Below, one piece after another: positions 13,343-26,331 of a DNA stretch of 64,000 nt. Origin of the DNA: Vicugna vicugna (lineage: Eukaryota); assembly GCA_013265495.1 (NCBI GenBank), contig MU058718.1:2937779-3001778 (forward strand), read 5' to 3'. The notes under the pieces are model-generated. The model worked only from the letters and a program-made list of their open reading frames with translations. It had not been told where the DNA came from and did not search any database. The number at the start of each line of letters is the position of its first letter. Within the stretch, counting starts at the first letter, position 1. The position numbers and the translations under genes are program-made.

Positions 13343-14444
13343 TTTAATTAAACATTTAGTAATTTCAACTTCACAGTTCTCTTTTAATATCTGAGACTTC
13401 TATAAGATCCTGAACATTTTTGCTGCTCTCAGAAAAGCTCCTTTGTACTTGAAGAATACAAAGATCCCAGCCTGGCCTCATGGCCCAACAGGAACCCAGC
13501 AGCCCCAGGGAAGCTAGGGCCATCCTACCCTTGGCCTTCATTGATTCTGCTCCAGGATTCCACTGAGCACTTCCTGGGAAACATCTAATACCTCTCCATA
13601 CACATATTTTGTGCCCCAACCTAGACAAGAAACACTTTGGCACAAACGTTTCCTAAGTTCAAGATATTACACAATGCATAAGAGGGCACAGAGTTATCTG
13701 GGGTAGGTCCCCCTCTCAGTGACCAGAGCAGAATGATACTTCATGATTATTCTGAAGGGTCCGGGCCTATTTTTACTGGGCTTGTAATTATGCTATTTAG
13801 ATGTAAATGTGTCTTTCCAATGTGCTTAAGTTTGTTTTTCTTAAACACTCCCTTTGAAACTTTTAGACTATTAATTTTCTTAGAATGAATGGTTTAAAAC
13901 TCTTAAGCCCTGGGCCTTATAAATCATAGAGGGGTCTGACCCACATTTTATAAATTGTGCCAATGGTGGGGGGGGTGTGGCTGGAAGAAATAAACAATTG
14001 CTTTATTCCAATAATAGTGGCTTTTTTAAAAGGACTCATATGAAATCTACCTGGTACAAGATCAATATACATAGGCCACTGGTACTCTTTAAAAGTACTT
14101 TGTACAATATTATTCATCATAAAGGCAATTTCTTAAACCTATAAATTTACTTTTCGGCAGCTGGAAAGAAATAATTACCAAGCAGGCAGAAGCTAGGGGA
14201 ATGACACTGCTGCAAATAGGAGAATTAGGAAAAAAACTCAATTAGTGATCAGCAGGACATGCCAGCTGTTCTTAGTGCAGCCACACGGACTGCCCAGTGT
14301 CTGTGACTGAGAAACACTACAGTTTAATGCTTAATGCCATCAAGCAACAAAATAAAATCTTGTGAACAACTGCTTGTAAATAAAAGCTTAGGGACTTCCA
14401 AGAACTATAAACCTTTCTATACATCATTTCTTTCTGTATTCAGT

Positions 14445-14705
14445 AACAAGAGCTAACTTTACTTGACTGTTTACCACACATCACACCATGCCACTTACTT
14501 TACTATGCTATTTCGCTTAATAATCAAAACAACATTATGGGGCAGTTGCTATCATTATCCTCAGTTTACAGATGAGGAAAAAGAGGTTCAAAAAGTTAAG
14601 TAACTTCCCCCAAGGTTACACACTGGAGAACAGTGGAACCTGAGTTTGGACCCCAGGGAACCAATCTCAAAAATTTTGTTCCTGACATTTATGCTTTATT
14701 GCCTC
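14445..14705. mobile_element. MIR SINE
   Basis: Core attatcctcagtttacagatgaggaaaaagaggttcaaaaagttaagtaacttccc. Confidence 0.85.
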
Positions 14706-16067
14706 TCTTCCATTTTGTCTTCAAAACTCACTACTCTTTTTTGTAGTAAGTTCAGTGAGCAATTTTATCAAGGTCATGGCATTATGGTGAGCACATTTTT
14801 TTGATTTTCTAAGATTATACATGCTAAGTTTTTGTTGTTTAAGCAGTATCTCATTTGAGCAAGATATATTATTTACTACCCATTTGTAAAATTCATGGTT
14901 TTTTTTTAACTTTTTTTTTCTTACCTTCCTAATGAACCTAAGTTTAAATTCTGAGTCTTTTCTTGAATCATGAAAATGTCCTTTTTCTTTTTAGGGAAAC
15001 ATGAAAGAAAACGTCTATATCAATAGTCTTCCTTTGCAAGCACTTTGCTTTATCTATTAGATTTCTCATAATCCTACATTTTACAATAAGTGCTTCTGGG
15101 GGATGGCAACAGATTTCAGCATCAGAATTTCACTGTTGTTTTAGGCACTGATACCAAAGACTGGATGTTTCCAGGGGTAGTTAAGAAAAGATAACTTGAA
15201 GGGAGTGGGGACAAGAGGAGGAAAAAAGGGTATAGCAAGGGAAGGGAGGCATAATGGCAGGAAGAGGCAAAATATATACCTTATTCTTAAGAATAAAATA
15301 TTTCGAAAATATTTAGAAAGCAGGCTTTTGAAATTAGGGTCCATCTTAGATCATTTATGGACGAATAAAACAATGACTCAGGAAGGACTCAAGATACCAC
15401 CTACTTGACACTTGTAATCCAAAGTCTCACCAGAGAGCCCTAATAGGAGATAGGAAAAAAGGGTTACAGAGAAATTCCAAGGGCTCCTTATGGGGATGGC
15501 GGTGGGGAGGCGCAGAGGTAGAACAGGGATGAGGAAGTATAATTCTGACTCACTGGGCAGGTCTGTTTCTACCTTAACAGAGCCACAGGACACCTCTGTG
15601 TGGATCAGAAAAGGGCACCCCATCCTCCAATACTGTGGACTCATTGCTTGGACTACACAGCAGAGGACTGAGTTTCAATCCTTAAGAGGGTGCTAGTCTA
15701 GACCAGACAAAGTCAGAAGCAGCTCCTACTCTTGGTCCTGTCATTAGCTGTGAGATTGAGTCACCTTACCTTAAGGATCTTTATCCCCTCACCTCTAAAA
15801 ACTTAAGGGGCTGGCTATGACTGAAGGTCCCTTTCCTCTTCCTGATTCTCAGCTGAAATTTTGCAATATCCAGTTGGTATGTTCCAAACTATGTCCCTGA
15901 AACACTAGGATTCTGTGGACTGAGTTGTGCCTTTAGTGTTTCTATAATATTGCATTTTTTTTCTCTCACATTTCTGGTGTATTTTTCCTTTTAATCTTGA
16001 GATTATTCTCCTTTCAATTTCAAACTGCTCAATTTTTCTTGAGCCATCAAAAGCCACAATCAGCCCC

Positions 16068-16475
16068 AAACCACCCAAATGTCCATCAACAGAATGGATA
16101 AATAAACTGGGTATATTCATTCACAGAAATTAAGGAAAAAAGAAGTACCGCTACCTGAATCAATGCGGACATGATACCACTTTGAGTTAAAGAAGATACA
16201 GAGCTTGTATTTGACTGCATTTAAAAGTGCAGTCCAAGAACAGGTTCAAACTAACCCATGGCAGTAAAAGAATAGGTGGTCATCCTGGGGGTAGGGATTA
16301 CGACTGTAGGGAGAAGCTTGGTGGGGGAGAAGGGTCCAGGGGTGGGGGGCTGACAATGTTCTGTTTCTTGACTTTGGTGCTACTTGCCTAGATATAATCA
16401 ACTTTGTGCTATAAACTTCTGATCTGTGCATTTTTCTAGTTTATATAATTATTTGGTAACAAGTTCAAAGAAATA
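16068..16475 (+). mobile_element. Old L1ME-like 3' fragment
   Basis: ccacccaaatgtccatcaacagaatggataaataaactggg...gctgacaatgttctgtttcttgac. Confidence 0.75.
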
Positions 16476-19400
16476 AAGCCACAGGGATACCCACCCTCTC
16501 CAAACCGAAGCCATCTACCTGAACTGGACAGCACAAGTGCTGCTACCTGTAGGGAGAAAGTTAATTACATTTCATTTAATATGAATCAGACAAAGAACTG
16601 CCTGAGAAGCTAAGAGAGAAACTTCATTAATTTCCTAAATTCTTCATTCAGAATTTGCTTGATTTTTATAATGCTTTCCTCCCTCATGTGAAACTGCAGC
16701 TATGTTAGTATAAAATACTGCTTTTCTGTCTTTTTATGTCGGTAAAAAATTACTGCTCAAAGTTCTATAACATATATGTACAAAGGCAAAGTTATTAGAA
16801 AACACCTGAAAATATCCCAGGATAATCTATTCGGAATATTGAGGCTCTAAATAGGCACTTTGGGTCAGAATTATCCCCATGATCACATTAATGGAATGAC
16901 CTGGATAATGACGAAATCTCTACCTAGTTTCTTGCTATAAAGCTTAAGCTCTGCTACGTAAGGTCATACAGGTGGGGAAAGACATCCCAGAAAATGCTGT
17001 GCTCCAGACAACTCCAAGGAAGCCGAGTAAACACTGCCTCCTTGTTTGTCCTATATTTGGTTCAGCTGTGAATTTGTTTCAGCATCACATTTTTCTCCTC
17101 CTTAGATTATACAACCAGCTGTCAGATCACTGATTTCTTTCCCCTCCCCAGTATGCTATGGTCCCTCTTTGATCAATACGATAGAGTGCACGACTGCTCC
17201 ATTTGATACATATGAAAAGTGACAGCAGACAAACCTGCATCAGAAGTAATTACACCACTAAGTCATACAAGATAACTGGAAGCACAGATTGTTTGTTTTT
17301 ACTCAAAACTCTATGATAACTTCAGCCCCTCTGGTCCCACAGCATGGTAGGCAGGCATCAGCAGTTCTCCCAAATGCTGGGGGACTAATTAAATATTTCT
17401 CAAATCAACAGAGCTTCAACAAAAAAATGTTTCCAGTCTTTGAAATGGGAAGTGGCGGGGGCAGGGGTGGTAAGGACAGTAATAAGCATCAAGTCCCTGA
17501 ACATTCTTTAACACCAAATTAGTGATTCAATGCAAGGTTTCCACGATAAATATCACTTAGCACTATTTCATATTGTATGAAGACCTTATAGGGCACATTA
17601 ATCCCAATTCTTTTTCCTCAGCTAAAAAGATCTTACTCTTTAATTCCTACTTTTAAATAGAAAGCTCTCCCTACATCAGCCTTGTTCCCAATACTCATCT
17701 TTCTAAGTTTATATTTTCCTTGCAATTCAGTGTCCAGTACTCTATTTCTTCCTTCCTCTCAAACTATCTTTTTAACTTGTTTCTACTTATTTTTATAGGC
17801 CCCCAAAGCCTCTTCCTCAGGATAATGTGCAATTCAAACAGCCCTCTCAACTATCTCTATATCCAAGTTTAACTACAGAGGCCAACAATACCGTTTTTCC
17901 TGTTTGGGTCTCAGGAAAGATACATTTTAACTGAAGTTTCACCACTCATAAATTCCTTCTCTAAATCTTTCCTTTCCCTACTCTTACACTAGATTGTTTT
18001 ATACACAGTCACAATGTCATCAAGTATCCAAAATACATAATTATAAAATCATACAAAAGCTTCCTAAAATATATCATTTTAAGCGTGTAACACACACCCT
18101 TTATAACTCTGGTATTGGGAGTACAGGTTTTAAAAATATACTGGATGTTTCTTATAAGTTGTGTTTCTTGTTTCTCAGTAAGAAGGAGGGTAGAGGATCA
18201 TCACTGTAGAGGACCAATTGCTGTTATCACCACAAACTGTGTTACAACCGGATTCTACTGAAGACTGTAAACACATTTAAAACTTTCTTTTCTTTAAAAG
18301 AAAAAAGCTTGAATTGTATGAACATAGGCCAAAGCTTCTGTGCTTTGCCCGTAAGGATACAGGATAGTTTTAACTGGAGGTTTGTACCTCTTCATCAAAA
18401 AAAAAAAAAGGATACACAATACTGAATAACTCTAGTTTCCCCATAGGCTTCATCTATCAAACCAGGGCATTTATGAGGTTGGTATTAATGAGTAACAGGA
18501 AAAAAATCCATCCCTGTATAAATGCAGAAAACTTTCTACCCTTTAGAAGACTTAAGACAGCATTAAAATGACTTTAGAGAAGGCTGGTGAAATTTAGTTC
18601 TGAACTCAGAAACCACCTAAGGGATAACTTGTGAATGCCATCTGGGATCCAGGCAGCCTCCTCAACAAAAGGGAAAACTTGTTGAGATCATCCAAATCTA
18701 AAATTCACATACATTTTTACATCTGGACTGAATTAATCTTTTCTTGGTACTGGCTTTCATGTAATAAAATAATTGTTTGCAGATTCTATTTTTTTAAACC
18801 CATAGCCTTAGAAATCAAAATGTGCAACATCCAAGTTGAAAACTACAAAGAATTCCTTTATCAAAAAAGTTAGTTGTTAGATGGGACTCATTTACACTAA
18901 ATTCTGAATCTGACAGCTCAGTCAAAAACAATTCTGTTTGAAACTCTCATTTCAAGCATCCGCCACAAAAGGCTACACAGTCTACTATGTCATACGTTCT
19001 GAAAGCCAAAAGCTTTGTAAGAGTAGTTAAAAGTGGAAACAGAGTTCAGAAACTAGAAGAAGCTCTACAACACCCCCCACCTCCTAACTCAGCGAGCCTA
19101 GGTGAATGAGTTTTTAAAGAATTTGTAGCTAAAAATTATTACCCAGAACATCGACATTTCACTTTCGAAAGCAGCGGTCTTCATCCTGGCCCACACTGTT
19201 TTCTTGTAGATCCAAGAGCATCTTAAATCTACAAGTTCAAATTATGTATTTGAAGCTGGCAGCTTACCCCTGTCACCCCCCAAAAAGGAGTGGGTAGAAA
19301 CAGAGAAAGATTTCCTGTCCCTTAAAATGTCTGGAGCGCTGCAAGAACTGCTGATTACTGTGGTCCATCAGTGTCAGATCTCAGGCACTCTTACAAGCAA

Positions 19401-20784
19401 TTCAAAGGGGGCAGAATTAGTTCATATTACAGCCAGTCTGCTTTCTGGAAAAGATATCCCACAGATAACTCGATAGTAGATATCCCCTAGGGGACCCTTC
19501 TCATCTAATAACTCCAGAAGTCCATTTTAATATGAAATATAAATCCAGTATGTTTACAAACATACTGAAAGAGCATTCAAATGTCAGCTGTCTCATACTG
19601 TGGACTATTCATTTTTAACATAATACTTTTATTTCTCAAAACCACACCCAAGGAAAATGATTAAGTGCTATAAGTTTTATACTACAAAGGACAACAGCAC
19701 AGGCATCGGTTTTCCTGCCTCTCTCGGCTGGTCTTCTCCCCTCCCCCACTCTACCCTGCAGGCAGTTTGTAGGTCTTGGGGTTGTTAAAATTAACTTTCT
19801 ACAGTAGGCTGTAGAAATAATGCTGTAGATTCTAAAAAAACTTCTTATTCTTTAACATTGCTGAGTCTAAGTTTATGCCCTGCTCTAAGAAGAGAAATCC
19901 AAAAGTCAAAAGCCTTTTTAATGACAGATGCATTACGGAAAATTTTCCCCACAAAGTTTTGATGCTGTGAAATATCAACTCTCTGAAATCACAGAAAGGA
20001 AATGACTTACATTCTTGGAAAATGAAGCCACTGGCAGCTTTCTCCAACAGTATTCTCTAATCCCTAAACTACACCCTGTGGCAACGGGGAGTATTTCGTT
20101 CAACTACTAAATTTAAATAGATGCTTATAAAACCAATAAACAAATATCGTCGGATGCCAGGGAAGAAGAGACGGTATCCTACATGGAAAATCTAGCTAGA
20201 GGTACTCTTACTGCACATTGAAAAAAGCTGGAGAGCACAGGCTTAAAGTCAAAGGCAACCCGAGAACGCTTGCTGAAGTTTTCCTTCCCCCGCTGCGGGC
20301 AACGCACAACTCCTGGGGGGAAATACTAACCAAATAGATTTTTGCTAAGAAATCCAAACGAAAAGGGTGTCAAGGAGCTAACATTTCTTTGGACACTAGC
20401 TACACAACTGCACGGCCTGAAAATCTGCCAGCTTTCATTTCAACTTTAAATTATGCTTATTTTGACAGCTTTCCATTTCTTCATGCCTTCAAGAGGACGC
20501 CCTCACCATAAGGTTATGCTGTCCCGGGACTCCCGGTGCTGCGATAATCCCTACGGACCTCACCCGGGTGGCCCCCAGCTGTCCATCCCTGACAGGTCCT
20601 AGCCCTGACCCCTCCCCAGCAGCAGCTGGGGGTCTCCTCCGCCCGGGGCCGGGCCTGCGCTCCGCCAGCTCCTCCAGGAACCCACTCTACAGGCCGCGCC
20701 CCCCCCACTCGCATCCCACCAAGGCCCCCTTCCGGCGTCGCCGAGCCCAAGCTCAGTCTCCGGCTCCCCCGACTAGGCACTTAC

Positions 20785-21310
20785 GGGGACGGTGGAGCGA
20801 ACGCCGCGATCGGGTCCCTTCCCGCAGCCGGGCTGTCCGGCCAGGCGCGCACACAACAGGCGGCACCGCGCAGTTTCCTAGGAACCGAGCGGGCTCAGGG
20901 GCTGGCCCCGGCGCCGGGTCACAGCGACGGGGCGCGACGGGCAGGCGCCCCCAGCACAGGGCGCCGCCGACCACCAGGGAGCCGAGCGCGGGCACCGAGC
21001 CCGGGGCGCAGCCGGCAGCGCCGGCCGGCCTCCCGCCCTCGCCGCAGAGGCGGCCTCGGGGCTCCGCGCCTCCTCCGCTGCCCGGCTCGGCTGCCCCGGG
21101 GCCCCGTCCTCCCGCCCCGGCGTAGGCGAACTCCGACTCGCGAAGAAGAGACTTTCCCGCCCGGGGCCCGACGCCCCAGAGCCGAGAGTGCGAGGAGAAG
21201 GCGAAGAAAGACGGGGAGAAGGAAACATTGCCTGGGCTGGGACTCGCGACTTCCAGAAACCCTCCCGAAGCCCCGTCCAGTCGCCGCTGCCGCCGCCCGG
21301 CCGGCAGGGG
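20785..21310 (-). other. Putative alternative first exon 1b (5' boundary uncertain)
   Basis: Minus-strand donor CCC|GTAAGT at 20785/20784 near the left edge of the CpG island. Confidence 0.45.
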
Positions 21311-21390
21311 GCACAGTGAGCGGCCGGGGCGCGGTGGCCGAGCTAGGGGGCGGCCTCGGGGGACCCCAGGCGCCGGGTTCCTGCCCATAC

Positions 21391-21500
21391 CTCGGAGAAA
21401 GTCCGGAGCACCAAGCGTCGGACTCCCGTCAGCTCTCCTTGTCTTCCAGCCGGCGCCGCGCCTGCCCCACTCCTCTCAGACCCTGGGCCTGGGCAGCCAG
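21391..21500 (-). other. Putative non-coding first exon 1a (TSS approximate)
   Basis: Minus-strand donor GAG|GTATGG at 21391/21390, about 125 bp downstream of the GC-box cluster. Confidence 0.45.
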
Positions 21501-21515
21501 ACGAGCGCTCCACGT

Positions 21516-21575
21516 CCGCCCCGCCCCCCGCCCACGCCTCCGCCTCGCCCCGCCCCCTGAGGCTCCGCCCCCCGC
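21516..21575 (-). promoter_or_regulatory. Sp/KLF GC-box cluster with G-quadruplex potential on the minus strand
   Basis: CCGCCC at 21516, 21521, 21528, 21550 and 21565, just upstream (in minus orientation) of putative exon 1a. Confidence 0.7.
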
Positions 21576-23961
21576 AGCCCGACGGTGGAGGGGCAAGCTG
21601 CTGAGCCGCGGGAGCCCAGCGCGGAGCTTGCAGCCGCACGTGGAGCGCCTGCAAGCCCCGCCCCGGGTCCAACCAAGCGTCCCGCGGAGGGGGGTACTGC
21701 GAGTCGGGGGCGGGAGAAAGCTGACGGAACCACGCCCCCGGGGCCCTGGGGAGGGAGACGAGCTGCAGAAGGATGCTGTGTTAGGAATGTGGCGATCTAG
21801 GTCTCTCTCCGCCCAACCGAGACCGAGGTGCGAGGGGACACTGTCAGCTCCCCCCCTTCTGGCCTAATTATTGGCCCTCTCCGACGCCCGGCCGCCGGCC
21901 CCCGGGACCTCTCCCTTCGGAGCCCAGTCGGTCTGTCCGGGGGCGGCGGTTTGGCCTGAGTTCCGTCTTACTAATTCGGAACCACGGAGGCGCGGCCACC
22001 GAGAGAGGGGGCGGTCCCAGCGGAGGAGGCTTCGTGATTCCTTCCTTCCCTCCCGTCCTCCAGTCCCGCAAACACCTGCCCACCCACCATTCGGGACGCC
22101 TCTCCTTCCTGGGTTTTATACTGGATCTAGGGAGCGTCGCCGAGGAAGCCAAGCCTCCCCCACCAATTCTGCCTCTCCAGTTCTTCAGGTAGACACAGCC
22201 TCTTTCTGCTGTGGTTTTAGTGCCAGAGACCCCTTAGAAATTATATTTGCCCGCTCTCGATGGTACCGAGGGGGCGGCGGGTGATGCAAAGGGCTAGTGG
22301 AAGATCTTTTTATGGCACTAAAACTCAAGTCAGGAGACGGAGGTCTCTTTGTCAATTTTGGTTGTTGGGTCTAGGAAAGGGGTAAGCTACGCCTCTCCAC
22401 TCACCCTGCGCCCACTGGGACCAGCTTCTGGGGACTGGAGACAAGAGAGAACCAGCCTCCACCTGTCCCTCAGGCCTGCGACCCACAGAGCGCCAACCTC
22501 CTGGGCTTTACCGTCCTAGGTCTTCTGTTGACTGCTGATCCAGTGACACTGGCAGTAACGCCCCACAGGACCCCTTACTAAAGGAGTGATGGGGTGTGTT
22601 TGGATATGATGACAAGGAGACAAAGAATCAGAGGACCTAAGAAAGGACACTACCCCAAGTCAGATTTGTGCTGAGAAAGCCAACTTTAAAATTGCCCTAC
22701 TCTTGATTCAAACATAAATATATAAAGCTAGCCGTTACTGTTTGAAAGCATGCCTGTGTGAAAGTATGCATGACAAATGAAACTCAACTTACTGTTCATC
22801 ACAGCTGAAGCTTAATTGGAATAGTTGTCTCATTGACAGCTTTTACATTTTGCTAACCGTAACATTAGAAGTGAATATTAGGAACGATGGTTTTTGTTTT
22901 TCTACAATTGATGATACATTCCGAGCTTATTTCTGATAAAGCAGAGCAGTTTCTAAGTATATTGCACTCATGATTTAAAGTCATGACTCCATTATGGAAA
23001 GGAGGACAAGAACTATGTTCCAATGACTGCCTTTTAAATTAGCTGTATTTAATTAATAGGCTAAATTTAAAAATTGGTTGAGTGATTACAATGCTGGCAT
23101 TTAAAAGTGGAAGATTACAATTTTTCACACATTTTTGTCTGTAATATGCATTCAGAATGAGTGCATATTGAACAGTAGTTGGTAAGGTCTTAAATTAATT
23201 TGATATCTAATGAGATAATCCAGCATTTCATATATGAAATAAATGAGATAAGTGAGGAATATATTGGAAAGCAGTTCCTAAATCTGATTTCTTTTTGGGC
23301 TTCAAGCATAAAAATCAAGCAGATAAAAAAAAATCTTGTTAGATTGTAAAACATTGCTGCAATATGAAGTGATTAGGTAACCCAAGCTGCAAAATATTTT
23401 AAGCAGCTTTTTTAAAACCTACATTTAAGATTAGGTCTATTGTCTAGAATTTGACTATAACAAAATTTCTTACATGAGTATTTTTTGAATCATAATGATC
23501 ATTTTAGTGCGAATACCACAATAAACATAGACTCTGATATGATACATTTTTGTAAACTAAGTACTTTAAAACTCTTAAAATCAGTTTTATAACCCCCTGA
23601 AACATCATAAACTTCTGAAAGGATTGCTTTGGAAAACAACACATACTCCACTCAAGATGGAAGTGGAAATGGGAAAGGATGGCTTGTTTTAGATATTTCT
23701 TATCAAAGGAAATGTTTTTCTGTGCTTATTACAATAAAGAATGCATTTTTGTAGGTAATCAAAGTTATATGATTCTTTTTAATGTTGAGTTATAGATATA
23801 TTTCCATTAATATAATGAGGTGTTTTCCTAAAAATGAGACATTGCCCATCAAGTGAAACATCCTAAACACACCTTAAGCTAATATTTTTTCCACAGCATA
23901 TAAATATTAACATAACTGTATGTTTTTGCTTTAGTTTTACTAGGAAAAAGTTATTCCATGA

Positions 23962-24420
23962 ATTTATTGAGTACTCCCATACACCAGCCACAGGGTTAGA
24001 CTCTGGGATTCTAATGCAAAAATATTTCTGAATCCTATAATAGTTTGAGGGAACAGGTGAGCATGTAAATGTTTACAATATACTTTAATGATTCTTGCTA
24101 TGGTAGAGACATGCAAGAAGAATAATGGAGGAGCACTCTGTCCACTCAGATGGGAAGGATGAACAAAAGTGGGAACGAGTTGGTTGAGGTTGTGGTTCTT
24201 GAACTTGGCAGCCCATTGCAACCACCTAGGGAACTTTCAGAAAGTACTGATACCTGTGTGGCAGACATTTGTTTTAATTGGTCTGGGATGTGGCTTGGGC
24301 TTGGGAATGTTTTCATGGTCCCCAGATCATTCTAAGTGAGACACATGTGGGGACTACGGGTTAAAGTATCTCAGGAAGAGGGGACAGAATGAGCAAGTGC
24401 ATGGAGGTGTGTTTTTAAAG
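23962..24420. mobile_element. L2 fragment (minus) with an inserted MER5A-like MITE (~24190-24360)
   Basis: atttattgagtactccc...; gtggttcttgaacttggc...ttaattggtctgggatgtggc...ggactac. Confidence 0.6.
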
Positions 24421-25186
24421 GACAACAGCCATCACCTCATTTTGTAATTGAAAAAGCTTAAGCTTTGGTGGGTGATAGTTACACATTTTGGTGTAAGGAA
24501 CACAATTATATAGAAAACAAAGAGATATGAATGGCTATAATTTACATTCCTTTACAAGTATTTTCCAAACACCAGAATAGTATGTTGAGAATTAAGATCA
24601 TTTCAGTGTATGAGAAGGAAAAAATTTAGTTCTTTTCATCTTTTATATATAACTCAAGGGTATTTGGGACTTATAGTATGTTTTAATGCTGAAATATAAA
24701 TTCTAGTCAGGGGGAGAAGTCAATAATTTAACATACTAGCTTTTAAAGTATACTTTCCCCAAATTAAATATGGCTCATCATCCTGGCTGAAGGTCATAAT
24801 AAAGAAATTAGGTTCATTTTTCTTTTTGGTAATTACTGAAGTTCATTTAAAAAGTAAAACAAAATGCATTTTAAAGCAAAATAAACTTAAGTAAGTCCTA
24901 CTCTAAGATCTTAAATGGCCCTTTAGTTAACATATATTACTTTGAAAGACAAAATAATCTCATGTAGAAACTTAAATAGTGCAGTGAGGTAGTCCTGGTT
25001 TTCACTGACTAAAACTTAAAGTGCCCTTTTTATTATTCTCAATTAGTATATTATTTGTGTTCTGTAAAATAAAACCACTGAAAGAGATTTTAATTCTCAA
25101 AAAAGTCAGAACTGATTATAAGTCATTTAATCTAGCTATCTCATTATTATGCATCAGGAGTACCTAACCAGGAATAGAAAGAATTA

Positions 25187-25384
25187 CAGGTGACCCTTGA
25201 ACATGGATTTTTTCTTCAATAGTAAATACAACAATGCCACATGATCCACTGTTGATTGAATCTGCAGACACAGAGGAACTACGCATATGGAGGCAGTGAA
25301 TATATATAGAGGGACAACTATAAGTTATACTCAGATTTTCAACTGCATGAAGGGGAGGGTGGGCACCCTTTGGTTGTTCAACTG
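25187..25384. mobile_element. Tigger-family MITE (MER8-like)
   Basis: TA|caggtgacccttgaac ... gttcaactg|TA: degenerate TIRs with a TA target duplication, plus internal gttgattgaatctgcaga. Confidence 0.8.
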
Positions 25385-25825
25385 TATTTTGCAGAGGCAG
25401 CGCAGCACTGGGATTAATATTATGTACCAGTCTAACTCGGGAAGATTAACCTTTACCCAATTTAGAGATACAGAGTTGAAAAAATTTAAATTCACAAAAT
25501 TCTGTTCTCTGGGCCATCAAAGTTTGAGAAAATATTTTACAATAGTACAGCACGTAAAAATTTACAAGAGATATATTTGAAGAGCTGCTTTCTTTCTATT
25601 CCATTATGGTTTTAGTTTTACCACAAACATTACATTCCAGGTCCTTGAGGGCTTGAATACTTGAATACTCCAGACAAAAGTTTCTATAAGGCTAGGAAGA
25701 CCAGGCCAGACTCTTCACTCTTGAGGAGACGCTGTTCTAATTGTAGTGAAGGTATTAGCTACCCAAAGTAGGATAACCCGGCACAGAGAATTGCACTGAG
25801 GTCTTGGAGTAGAAAGGCATGGTAG

Positions 25826-26331
25826 TGAGACAGGAGGGAAGGGGGCAGGGCACATCCATTAAAAGAATGACACAGCCATTAAGGATAGGGCATAAACTGG
25901 TTAGAACCAACTAGGTCCAAGATGGTGGAAGATTCAACTTCCAGTAGACCTTGAGCCTCATTATACACTCATTACAATAAAATTAGCCTTACAGATAAGA
26001 AGTACCCATCGTGTACCAATACCATAACACCTTCGATCAAGACTAAATAAGGACAAAAATCTCTCCTCCCCTCAGGAAGGTGAAGCTGAGATAAAAATTA
26101 AGAAATAAGACCCCAAACCCCTTCCTCCCCATTGAATATTCTGCCCATTCATTTTTATACTTCATGTAACCAACTTGCCAAAGAAACTCAGTGCAGCTAT
26201 TCACATGAATTTGTCTTCTCTCCCCTTGAGAGCATACTATTGCTTAATAATCCTCGCTTTGCTTTCTTGACCTCCGTGTCTTGATTCTGAATTCTTTCTG
26301 TGACGAGACAAGAACCTACTCTCCGGTAACA
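25826..26331 (+). mobile_element. ERV1 solo LTR, MER41-like
   Basis: TG...CA termini (tgagacagg ... ccggtaaca). The 3' end gaattctttctgtgacgagacaagaacc...ccggtaaca resembles MER41 LTR ends. Confidence 0.75.

Larger units (their letters stand above)
20490..22290. promoter_or_regulatory. CpG island promoter of an unidentified gene, probably transcribed on the minus strand
   Basis: Abrupt GC- and CpG-rich block in CpG-depleted DNA. It carries a GC-box cluster, an E-box CACGTG (21637-21642), ATTGG/CCAAT (21870-21874) and minus-strand splice donors at 21391 and 20785. Confidence 0.9.

Noticed and set aside
19796..19817. 9-bp perfect inverted repeat TTTCTACAG-tagg-CTGTAGAAA
   Set aside because: A few stems of this length are expected by chance in 64 kb.
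20785..21500. Assigning a gene symbol to the promoter
   Set aside because: No coding exon lies in the window, and I do not reliably recognise the 5' UTR sequence.
20514..22284. Many long overlapping ORFs (up to 211 aa) in the CpG island as protein-coding genes
   Set aside because: They are Pro/Arg/Gly/Ala-rich in all frames, as expected from stop-codon depletion in GC-rich DNA. No recognisable domain, and several start at non-ATG codons.
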